Of a DNA stretch of 64,000 nt, positions 28,012-38,879 are shown piece after piece. The stretch comes from a virus, in IMG/VR virus record IMGVR_UViG_3300028833_000004; one strand, written 5' to 3'. The stretch's first letter is position 1. Each line of letters opens with the position of its first letter. The notes beneath the pieces were generated by a model. That model was not told the DNA's origin and searched no databases. It worked only from the letters and a program-made list of their open reading frames with translations. A program made the translations under genes and the position numbers.

Positions 28012-31000
28012 TGTAGTAATCCACCTTGTTTCCAAATAATTAACTCATTAGTTGCAGGATTATATGCAGACCCACGTAACTTTTTCCTAGGAAATATTCG
28101 TGATATTTCAGTAGGATCAATATTAATATATCCGTCTTGTTTTATACCAGAAGGAGGAGTTAAACCCACATAGGATTTAACTCCCGCATCATTCTTAATG
28201 TGTACATCCCCAATATGAAAATCGGATCCAATCTTCTTTCTAGATGTACCATTATCCTAAATATTAACTGACTAAGGCACTTTATTACTTGTTTTACTCT
28301 ACTATCTATCAGTTCGTGCCTTTTCTGCAGGCTGATGTCTAGGCGCCCGTTTAGTTTTATCTGATGCATTTGATGTACTGTTAATTGGGCTGAGTGCTGG
28401 TTTTATTATAGTTGCGTCCGATTCCTATCTTAATCTGCCCCAATCTACCATTGGATTATATGCTTCATAGTGCATATTACTAAACTCCGGATGGTTTTCT
28501 AATATAGCTCTCTGTGTGGCTGTATATTCACCACCACCGAACCTTCTTGCAAATCTTCTAGCCAAATCCGATGACTATTTAACATCAGCAGCTTCTTTAT
28601 TCCACAACTTTCTCAGAGCTTCATATGATTCACGCTAATTTTCAACATTTTCAGTCTCAATTCTATACTTACCAACTCCGCCATTAATACTTTGAAGTCT
28701 TGGGGTTTTTAATACTGCAACTGCCTCATCTTCAGTAATTTTAAGTTTATCAGTAAGTACCTTAATGGCCTTTGTATTAGCATCCTAATCAGAAGTCTTA
28801 ATTTTGCTAAGCGCCTTATTTACTTCATCAACGGTTTCTTTCTGGAATTGTTTTACATTTCCCTCTGCATCTGTGAGTCCTTTTATGCCGATATTATCTT
28901 TTGCGATAATAGTTCCCTTTTTATTAACTTTATAACGAGTTATTTCACCTTTAACACCTCTAGTGGCTCCTGCTAGTAATGATAAAACATGAGAAAGATT
29001 TCTCCAGTCCTCTCTATTTAATTTAGTTTTACCATCACTTAATTTCTTAAGGGTCTTCTATGTAGATTCATCGAAAGCAATGCCAAAGCCCGCCGCCACT
29101 GTCACTATTCTAGGTAGAAATTTAATAATATTTTTGGCAACCTTATGCATTTTAGCTCCAGGAATTAATCCAAAAGCAGCAAAACCAGCATTTATCCCAG
29201 CATTTTTAATAACTTCACCAGCTGTTACTGCAGGATCCATAATATCAGCTGCCAAATCCGTTCCAAGTGATGTTACACCGAGCCCGGCAGCAACACCTGT
29301 ACCAGCCCCAGGAACGAATGAAGCTACTATAGAAGCCACATCTTGAGCCATAGTGAGAAATCTAAGAGAGTCTATAGGTTTTAACTCTGTTGTTTTATTA
29401 GCTCTATAAACATCTGAATTAGCATATCCTTCTTCAGAGGCCTTTTGGGAGTCTTTTTCTTCCTATTTAACTTCCCTACTCTTAGACTCTTCATGAAAAT
29501 CTAAATCATTACGCTATTTTGGCACGGCTGAACCATAGGCAGCTTTTAATATACCTCCATTATTATGTAAATTCACAGTTCCTTCAGGAATATTTTGTTT
29601 ATTTAACTAATAATATTTAGTTCTAATCATCTATAAATCCTCGGGATTTAAACTAGCATATCCTTCATTAACAAGTATGCCAACTGTTTCAATTAAAGCC
29701 TATCTGGATTCAAATTGATTTAAAAACTCAGAACCTGTATATGTTAAAAATGTTCCTGGAACAGATATTTTAGCTTTAGGATTCTTTAGCGCTGTGACAA
29801 CTGAATTTACAAATCTCTAAGGATTATCACCAATAGTCTCTCTACCTATAAACTAACCTAAAATATAACCCGCACCAGTTCCTAAAGCTCCTATTAAACC
29901 ACCTAATGGGGCAACTGTTCCACCAGTTGGAATTCCTGCAGCCGTGGCTCCAGCAACGGCACCCACACCCATCGCCCCAGTAAGGGTTTTAAAATTAAAT
30001 TTTTTAGTATAAGTATCTTTACTTATTCCCTAAGCATTATTAAATATATCATTAGATAGCCCAACGATTTTCCCAGTTTGATCAGTTTTTTCACCATGTC
30101 CAGAAATATTAAATCCACCTAATGCATTTTTTGCATCATCAAAATTTCCTGTCTTCAATGTTGTTCCATCTAACCAGGCAAATTTCATAGTAGGAGTGAG
30201 TTTAAATTCTTTAAAAAGCCCCTACTTAATAGGTGTTCCAGTTTCATCAAAAGCAATAACCTAAGTACCATCTCCAAACAAATTACTTACATCAGCATAA
30301 TTAAAGCTTGTGGCATTTTTATTTTTCTCTCTCTGATCATTAATAAATTTATTAACTAAATAATTATCTGTGTAATCAGTATCTAGATTAAAATCTCTTA
30401 TATAAAACTAATTTGTTAAATCTCCCCTTCTATTCTTAGCTTCATCTAATAAATAATTAGCCCAATGATTTTCATCAATATCTCTGACATTTCCATAAAA
30501 TACTCGACCGTCAGAGCCTATTATAAGTCCCTGTCCATAGGTATCAGAATTAAGACTAATGTTGTCTAAACCATCTCCAGAATATTTCTCCCAATCTGAC
30601 GTATAAGCCGTAATATTACCAGCATCATCTTTAATCAGGTGTAAGTTCTTCTAAGTTAACCAATTTTTAAGAGGCTCTGAGAGATTAGTTAATTCAGTGC
30701 CATTTATCTAAGCACGATTCTTATCTTTTTGCGATGGCTCCTTAAACAGCTCAGGTAATGCTGCCTAAACTGTGCCTAAATCACCAGGAGATAATGTATA
30801 TAATCCTTTAACTAGATTAATTCCCCAATTTATTTTATCGTTATCAGAAGCTTCGGGATTATATGTTGATAGATAATTCTAAAACTATTTAATTGAATTA
30901 ATGGATTCTCTATCAATACCATTTACATATACACCTGTTCCATCACCATATTTATCTAGGAATTTTTGTATATTGAGATTTAATCGATCCTTTATCATTC

Positions 31001-31490
31001 CTAAACGATCACCAAATGAAAATGATGATAAACCTTCACCAATTCCATTAGTTAAATCAAAGAATATATGCCTTTTATTTTCAGGTTGTTGAGTGGTTGA
31101 TGATCCCACACTAGCCTAAGGTTGAGCGGTGGTTCTTGATCTATTATAGTCGTACATTAATCGAGCTACATTTTGAGGCATATCCTTAGACCAAATAGAT
31201 GGTTCATAAGCTGCACCAATAGAATCATCATTATCAGCCCCATTAAAGTGCTCTACTGTTGATTTATAAAACTATTCTTGTGCTAATCTTTGTCTCTTTG
31301 CTCCCCTAAAAACATTGGAATATGGGGCAGATTTTGAATATTCTACTAATCCATCAAGATACTGTTGAACCGCTGCTCTATCCTCGTCTGTGGGGAGACT
31401 ATTTAGGAAATCAAGATACTTTTTCTACTCTTCCTCAAGTCTTTTTAATTCATCACCTTTTTTATATTTTTGTATCTAAGCCATAATCAT
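28008..31490 (-). CDS. Large protein (1,160 aa) with two Gly/Ala-rich hydrophobic segments; tape-measure or ejection-protein-like
   Basis: ATG 31488-31490 (alternative 31482-31484) to TGA 28008-28010. The frame was inspected. Segments GAMGVGAVAGATAAGIPTGGTVAPLGGLIGALGTGAGYILG (about 29860-29990) and the track ORF 29058-29351 peptide resemble glycine-zipper membrane segments. Confidence 0.65.
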
Positions 31491-31499
31491 AAAAAATTT

Positions 31500-31525
31500 A
31501 AGGCAGGCAAACTAATGCCTGCCTT
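31500..31525 (-). terminator. Rho-independent terminator after the Ala/Pro-rich mini-gene
   Basis: 9-bp stem aaggcaggc / gcctgcctt with an 8-nt loop, followed on the minus strand by AAATTTTTT. Confidence 0.7.
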
Positions 31526-31532
31526 ACGGTCA

Positions 31533-31820
31533 TTATTTTACTCGCATTAATTTACCACCACGTCTTTGGAAAACTGGTTCCTGTGGGGCAGCTGCACTTT
31601 GGAGCATTTCAAGAGCAGCTTGAAGTATTGCTGCAACAGCTTGTGGATCACCTATTTGTTGCATTAACATGTCTAACAATTGTCCAGCGGTTTGTTTAAT
31701 TGGATCTGGACCACCAGCTTCAGGTGCTGGTGCAGCTGCAGGTGCTGCAGACTCTTCTGGAGCGGGTTCCATAGCGCCGCCCTCTTGCAAGTACTTAATT
31801 AAGTTTTTATTCAAAATCAT
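31533..31820 (-). CDS. Small Ala/Pro-rich protein (95 aa), GC-rich, TAG-free, function unknown
   Basis: Intact ATG..TAA ORF. Peptide MILNKNLIKYLQEGGAMEPAPEESAAPAAAPAPEAGG...RRGGKLMRVK. Visibly higher GC than its flanks. It has its own -7 box upstream and a terminator downstream. Confidence 0.7.
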   Translation of the reverse strand: MILNKNLIKYLQEGGAMEPAPEESAAPAAAPAPEAGGPDPIKQTAGQLLDMLMQQIGDPQAVAAILQAALEMLQSAAAPQEPVFQRRGGKLMRVK

Positions 31821-31846
31821 ACTATAAAATATTTTATATTAACATA

Positions 31847-31854
31847 CAAATATA
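31847..31854 (-). promoter_or_regulatory. Bacteroidota-type -7 promoter box TATATTTG (TAnnTTTG)
   Basis: Plus-strand caaatata is the reverse complement of TATATTTG. It lies 26 nt upstream of ATG 31820 in an AT-rich gap and shares an extended TTTGTATGT-AAT-TAAAA leader with the box at 49535-49542. Confidence 0.55.
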
Positions 31855-31906
31855 CTAATTAATTTTAAATTAATATAATTTAAATGAAAATGGATTAATA
31901 ATAAAT

Positions 31907-32518
31907 TTAATCTGGTGATGAAACATACTCTGGGGTATTTGAATCCTATTTATCTAGATATTTAAAAACTAGTCTACCAACACGTTTGTAATCAGCATCA
32001 TCATCGGAATGAAAGGCACGAAGGGCAGCCTTAATCAAACTTCTAGTATTTTTTCTAGAAAATATTCGCTCTCCACCAACTAATCTATACTAGACATCTC
32101 CATTATTATCCAAAACGAGCATATCTGAATTAACTTTCTATTTTTCATCGGAAGTTAATTGTGATTCATCTTCGTCATCATCATACTCCAAATCATCATC
32201 TTCCTAGATTCCAGAGTTAGCATTAACCTCTAAGACAAATTGAGCACCGCCTTCATATACAGGTTTTTCATCAAATGCTTTACAAGTATTTACAGACAAT
32301 ACTGATCCTTCATCATCTATGAAGATAATATCAAGGTCTATTGATGTATCTTCCATAGTAAAGTACAATTCTTCCTAAGGTTCTTCATATACGAAAAGCA
32401 TGCCTTCATCCTAAGGTAAGGATTCATCTTCAGATAAACCAATAGTTTTTTCTTCCTCTGTTTCGGCTACTCTTACATGGTACTTTTTACCGCCTATTGT
32501 TATATCAGTTTCTCTCAT
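31907..32518 (-). CDS. DUF192-like domain protein (203 aa with TAG as sense) with an acidic linker and a C-terminal extension
   Basis: ATG 32516-32518 (ATGA overlap) to TAA 31907-31909. The frame was inspected. GLSEDESLP*DEGMLFVYEEP*EELYFTMEDTSIDLDIIFIDDEGSVL...AQFVLEVNANSG follows the DUF192 pattern (GMLF...M.nT..pLDiiFid...yvLE) as I recall it. Confidence 0.55.
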
Positions 32519-33741
32519 TTGTCAGACTTCTAAATTAAATTATCCTCATCTTTTGTATTATAAATTAATTCTTTTACAAGTCGCTTACCAACTTCTAAAA
32601 GTATCTCAGAATCGTCTGATTCATGCCATTTCTTTCGATTCTATTCAATATAATCTGTTAATTCTTTATTGAATATAACTTCAAGACTCTCTACTTCAGC
32701 CTGTTGCTAAATACTACCTTCCTAAGATTTTATATCTTCAAGAGTCTAGGCAGAATCGTCATCAACTGTAATTACTGGGATACCTTTCTTAGTTATATGC
32801 TCTAAATCAATGTCGTGCTTATTCTTATGAAGTTCTCCAGTAGGAATTATGTTTTCCTTTTCAGAAATTTCAACACCTGTTAATTTAGCACCATCCTAAG
32901 CTCTAAGAATCTTACCACCCTATTTAGCAGATAATAATGAAGTATCAACACCACCAGCAAGTGCTATAGTATTTGCCTCCATAACATTATCAATTGAATT
33001 GGCACGTGCTTCCTGTTCAAATTTAATAGTGTCAGAAACATTTTGAGCTTTAAGAGCCATTTGAGCCTGCTCGTTTCTATCCTGAAGTTGTCTTTCAATT
33101 TTGTCTGGATTAAGCCCTCCAAATAAGAATGGGATTTCTCTGTTGGATTTTGAGTCTTTATGCCCAATATCTCCATATCCTGAGGAATTAATATCAACAT
33201 CAAATCCTTGAACAGTCTGCCCAGTAGCCTTAGATGCAAAATTAGCTGTTTCTAAAGCAGCTCCACCAAGCATTGCCCAGGGGTTTCCACTCTTCATTAA
33301 AGCATCACTTATTCCATGAACTGCTGTATCAATAGCTGCACTCTAGGCACCAAAGTTCTTATCACCCATAAAAACATTGTCTGCAGTCTGAAAAACTGCT
33401 GACGCAGCCTATGAAGCGTCCCCCATCCAACCCGCTGAAGCATCATCGAGACCTGTAATTTTAGAATCATTTTTTACCCCAGCAATTTGACCTAAATTGG
33501 AACCGATGTTACGCGCCCTCTCTAAGTTTCCGGCTCTTCTTCTCTCCTAGTCGGATTTGATTTGATCCTCCTATTTAGTTTCATCCTTAAAACTATTCCT
33601 AACCCCTTCAGTAAAAGTGTTAAACTAATTCTCCATAGCCTTAATATGTCCAATAGAAGCACCCCAGGTTACTGGATTGTTAGGATCAAATCCAAAATTG
33701 GGCATTTCAAAATTTAATGTTTTAAACTTTATATTTCTCAT
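32515..33741 (-). CDS. Hypothetical tail-module protein (408 aa with TAG as sense)
   Basis: ATG 33739-33741 (ATGA overlap) to TGA 32515-32517 (ATGA overlap). The frame was inspected. Track ORF 32920-33297 is a fragment of it. Confidence 0.65.
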
Positions 33742-36700
33742 GCTAAACTATAATCAAATAAAGTTTGTATTGCCTATATAACAACTAAATCTTCTCCAGA
33801 ATATCTGACTTTTACTTTGCAGACCTTATCTCTTAATCTGGTTTCTACCTATTTAGAGTATTTTAACTCACCATCTTTTAAATAAATCCATTTAAAAGAT
33901 ATTGGTCTGATTTCAATATTCCATAAGTCTTCAAGATATTCCATATTACCTCTAAGTCTTCCAAACTTTTTAATATTATTACCTAACTAATCAGCCCTAA
34001 TTCTGTATTCATTCAATCTCTCATCATATACTAACATAGTTTCTGATGAGTTTTCTGTATACTTATTTTCCTTAGTATCTAAAGTTCTTAGGTGTGGGAT
34101 TGTGTCAGTCTAATCTTTTCCTTTCTATGTAATAGGTTCTAGTCTTTCAGCATAATGTAATCCAGGAATTTCTTCCTTTACAACTTTTAAAAATGGTAAT
34201 TTTTTAATTATATATTGGTCGTTCCGATTAAATAGGTTTGGAAAATCTGAATGTAATGCTTTTAATTCCCCTAAAGTCTTGCCTAATACCTCTTTATAAG
34301 CAGCATCTATATCCTCCTGTTTATAAATCCATCCTAAAACTTGCTTGTATTCATACCATTCATAACCCTCTCCAACAACTTCAAATTCAAATTTTGCTGG
34401 CTCAGTCTTATTTGATATTATCTTTAAATTGTTAAAGATCTTCTGGATTATGGAACTCTTATTTACACAGAATTCAAAATTAAATTCATGTTGCTTACCA
34501 TACCAATGAGTCGGTTTTATTTTACCCTGATTATCATAAACTCCGCCATAACCATGTTTCCAAAGTTTTATATTATGTAAACAATCTCTTAAGGAATAAT
34601 AGTCAAGACCTTCAGGCTTTATGACTTGTGTTACTTTAATATCTGAACATTGCTATTTTCTAAGTTCACAAATTTCATACTCAACTCCTGGATCTATAAC
34701 GATTAATCCGTTAGTATCAGAATATGGCTATATAACAAAATACCACGTATTAGGGTCCAAACTTTTTTCATTGATGTTATATCCTGTGGGGACTTTTATA
34801 TAATAAGTACAAACTTCAGAATCTCTAATAATTACAGATATTTTAGAAGTTGTTTTATAAATAAGGGTCTAATGAGTAAATGACTCATCTATCTCATGTT
34901 TATTTCTTTTAATGGGGTTGATTTGGCCTAATTTGGGAATTATTATATCTGATTCTGGTAGTTCTTTATTTACATCATCCCTATCAAATGTAAACCAGAT
35001 ATTATCTATATTAGCAGATTCTACTGGAATCCAATCATAAAATGTTGTAAACATCTAAGAATCCTCATTATAACATAATGACCAGTGAGTTCCATCTATC
35101 CATTTGTTAATTGAATTACGAATTTCTTCTGGAGTTGGAACCTATGATCCCTAATCTAACTCACTTTTCAGAAGTCTATTATTACCCATTAATTTGATAA
35201 CATGCCCCTATTTATCTATTGGACTATCATTATAATAGGTAAATATAATATCATGTTTAAAGTTATTATAATGAGTCTTTATATTTATATGTCCTATATA
35301 TGGGGAAGTTGTAAATTCTGACATATCTAGATTATCATTCAAAAATTTATTCAATTTATGATCTGATAAAATAGTAAATTGTCCCTAAAAATCCACTCTC
35401 CATATCTTTTTAGCAACACTATCAACACCATAAACAAAATGTTCGGTAGCTAGTATAGAATCTTTCCAAATAGAACCATAATCTTTAGTAATCATCTAAA
35501 GATTTATTGGGAGATATTCATAAACAGATTGCCCATTCTAAATAGTTAAAACACCTAACCCATGAGAATAAACCACTAAAACAAACTGGGGAGTTGCAAC
35601 AAGCTTCTAAATACTTCCGCATTCTTTAGAATAATCTCTATAAGCTCTTTCTAAAATTTCCTTAAACTCATTAGTAATACTATCTGCAGAATCCCTTAAA
35701 GATGTAAATATTCTTGTAAAATATTCCTATTTAAGAAATGGCACATCAGGAAATAAGATATAATTCTTATCAGGTATTGATATTGATGCAGCCTGATTAA
35801 TTACATTTGAATCCCGCTGTGGACTAAAAGGATTAAATTTAGTCAGAGGATAAAAGCTTCTCCGTTTATTAAACGATGCCTATTCAGTTGCATTTGAAAA
35901 ATCTTCATCTCTAAAAGAGATATTTTTATTAGAACATATCGGAAGTGTAATCCACTACCCAAGAGCTACAGCATTGACATCGGCTCTGTTTATAGATGAT
36001 AATCCATGTAATTCCCAAGCATCATCAGCTTTAAATATAGCTTTAAGATTAAATCCACCAGAAGATTCCTATTCTTTTGGATTAAGTTTCTTCTTTAAAG
36101 CTCTACCTCTATCAGTTTTATTTACATGTACCTCAAAAGCTTTTACAATTTCATTTGACATCCCGTTTGGATAATATTTCTTTACCCAATCTGGAAGACT
36201 ATTTTTATATTGAATTTCATCATCTTCTAAATCACCAAAATCCTCTTCAGGGGTCGGTGTTAGTGGTATATCCTGTTCATTATTTAAATCTAGGCCTGAT
36301 AATTTTTTTATTTTATCTTCATTCATTCCAAGATTTTTAAGACTTATAAATGCACCTATAATACTTCCAGTACATATTAAAGCCGCAAAAGTTCCCCAAT
36401 CAACAGTTTTCTTTGTGGGATCTTCTAAATACCAGCCCTAAGAATCTTTAATAAGATTATTGTGTGCTGATAATAAAATCTCTGAAGTACATCTTACACC
36501 GTAATTAGCTCGCCAACAAGATGGATCTACAATCTAATGATTAGTAGGAAGTTCTGGATCTATAAAATTTCTAAACATTCTATGAGTAAAGAAAGTTGTA
36601 AAACAATCACCTCTAAAACATGTTATAGAGTTATTCACTAAATCCGAAACATTTATCCTATGTGATATGGAATGGTATGCATTTAAATTATTAAACTATG

Positions 36701-38852
36701 ATTTAAAGTGCTATGTTAAAGCCTCTGGATATTGGAAATTTTCTTTCTTAATATTAACAATATCATAGCAAGTAAAGGGATTATCACTTAATCCAACAAA
36801 TGCACCCCAATTACCTCTAATAAGAGTGGTACTTTCTGTAAGGTCTTGTGGTAAAGTCCATCTCCACGCATGTTCAACATCGGCAGTTTTATAAGGCTCA
36901 GATTCATTACCTACTCTAGTTGCAAAATAATTAGTTCCATCTGTAATAGTTGCTAAATCTTCTGGAACATTTGTCAATTTAACAACTCCTCCCAAATGTG
37001 CCTCATCAGGAACTAGGCTAGTAGTTAATAATTGCTGATCATTGTTACTAGCTGTAACTTTACAATTTCCAACTCTTTCTAACCAATAATCATTTGAGCA
37101 GAATAACTAATTAAATGTAGCTTCAGATAATTCCGCATCTGGCATAATCATTGCGTTGTTAGATACATTTGAATTAGAAATATTAACAAATGTACCTCTA
37201 GATCTTAGAGATCTGTCTGGAGCCAAAAATGATTGAGCTATATATTTTAGTCCCCTCTATAGAACTGGGATTGATCCATGATATCTATCAGTCAATCCAA
37301 CAATCATACCCTATCCCAAGATAGTTGGAACTCTTTTTTGACGTACAAAAAAGAATCCCATAATATGGTGTTTTTTGAAAATTGCCTGAATATCTTTCCA
37401 ACTATTAGTATTAGATTTGTCACCAACTACTGGGATAAATTTCTCAGTCCCATAAGTATCTGTCTGTATCTGTTTTAAATTTATATAGGAAAAATCAAAT
37501 TTAATACCCAATGGTTTTGATATTAACTATCCATTTTTTAATTCATAGGCGTTTCTTTTTGGAAAATGAATCACACCTTTAGAATTAAATCTTCCTTCTT
37601 TATTAAAGAAATAACTATCATTCTCCTATATACTTGATAAATCATCTGATTCATTTTCAGAATTTCCTGGTTGATATTCATGTTGATAGCCATCAGTATT
37701 AAAGAACTTTTTATACCATTGAGAATCTTCTTTATATTCATCTAAATCACATCCCTAAATATTAAAGACAGGACTCAGACTGTTATCATCAAAAACATAA
37801 ACAATGCCAAACCTATAAACTTCGTCGGGCCAATATCCAACTGAATTATATACATTCTTTACATTATAATAATTTGTGGATTTTTCATATCCCTCATAAA
37901 TATGATCCTGATAATTAACCACATTTAAAGATCCAACATCATCCGTTGGTTGATAGATAGTTGGAATAATCTTCCATGACATAGCCTTTAGTGCGGGCCA
38001 ATCATGTTCAGCTTTAGATACATTTCCAAATAATAATAAGTCCTAATGAATTGCCTGGGTTTTTACTGAGTTTATATCTGCTAAATCTGTATAAAACTCT
38101 TCCGCAGATGTTCCAACAATTGATTCGTTACCAGTAATATTTATAACACAGGTTCCCTTATAAACAGGATAATCATAAAGAACCTTACTATAAGTAGTTA
38201 CAGCTGCCTAGTCACTTCCAGAGGAACTTCTTGCATATAAGACATGAACATAATCAAACCCAGCATCGATGTTAGATAGTATAAACGAAACGGATTTATT
38301 AGATGATTCATCCTCTAATCCCATTCTAGCTGTATTAGAATCGTTAACTTCACCAATATGAAGTTGTACAACTCCAGATTCCTAACAAACCTCGGTTTCA
38401 TTTCCATCAACATCCGCTAATTTAAAATAGAAGGAATAAGAACCGACAGGTAGTTTTCCAGTATTGTTGGAAATCCCATCAAATTTTAAAGTGGGAATAG
38501 AATTGTAAATAGCTTTTAATCTTGTATCTACATCAAATGTTTTTGAATCATATACATTTGAATCTTTAAAACCATAATGGTCTGGGATTAAATATTCAGA
38601 ATCATTCTAAACAGAAAATCTAGAATTTATGAGTCTTGGGGGATTTTTATCATCATTTAAAAGTAAATTAACAGCTCCATCATAAGCATCCTGAATAAGT
38701 ATATCAACAGGATGCTCCATATCAAAATTTAATTTATCTGTAGTAAAATCAGATAGATTTCTATTCTCATCTATTAAATTTTTTAATGGCTGGTAGGCAT
38801 TAATTAACTTTCCCTTACTCTTAATCTAACCTGTGTATAAAGATAGTTTCAT
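33738..38852 (-). CDS. Large tail/virion structural protein (1,704 aa with TAG as sense), function unassigned
   Basis: ATG 38850-38852 to TGA 33738-33740. The frame was inspected and only TAG interrupts it. Track ORFs 34869-35054, 36069-36326, 36711-36995, 37311-37511 and 37755-37982 are same-frame fragments. Confidence 0.7.
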
Positions 38853-38879
38853 TTTATTTAAATTTTTTTATCCCACTTT

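Noticed and set aside
187-31490. Fragmented same-strand ORFs could mean a decayed, pseudogenised prophage.
   Set aside because: The interruptions are exclusively TAG. TAA and TGA are absent from the frames over thousands of codons, and the frame never shifts inside a gene. Random decay would give all three stops and indels.
26238-33239. Minus-strand track ORFs 26238-26444, 28160-28369 and 32964-33239.
   Set aside because: They are out of frame with the continuous genes they sit in (26146-28011, 28008-31490 and 32515-33741) and have implausible peptides.
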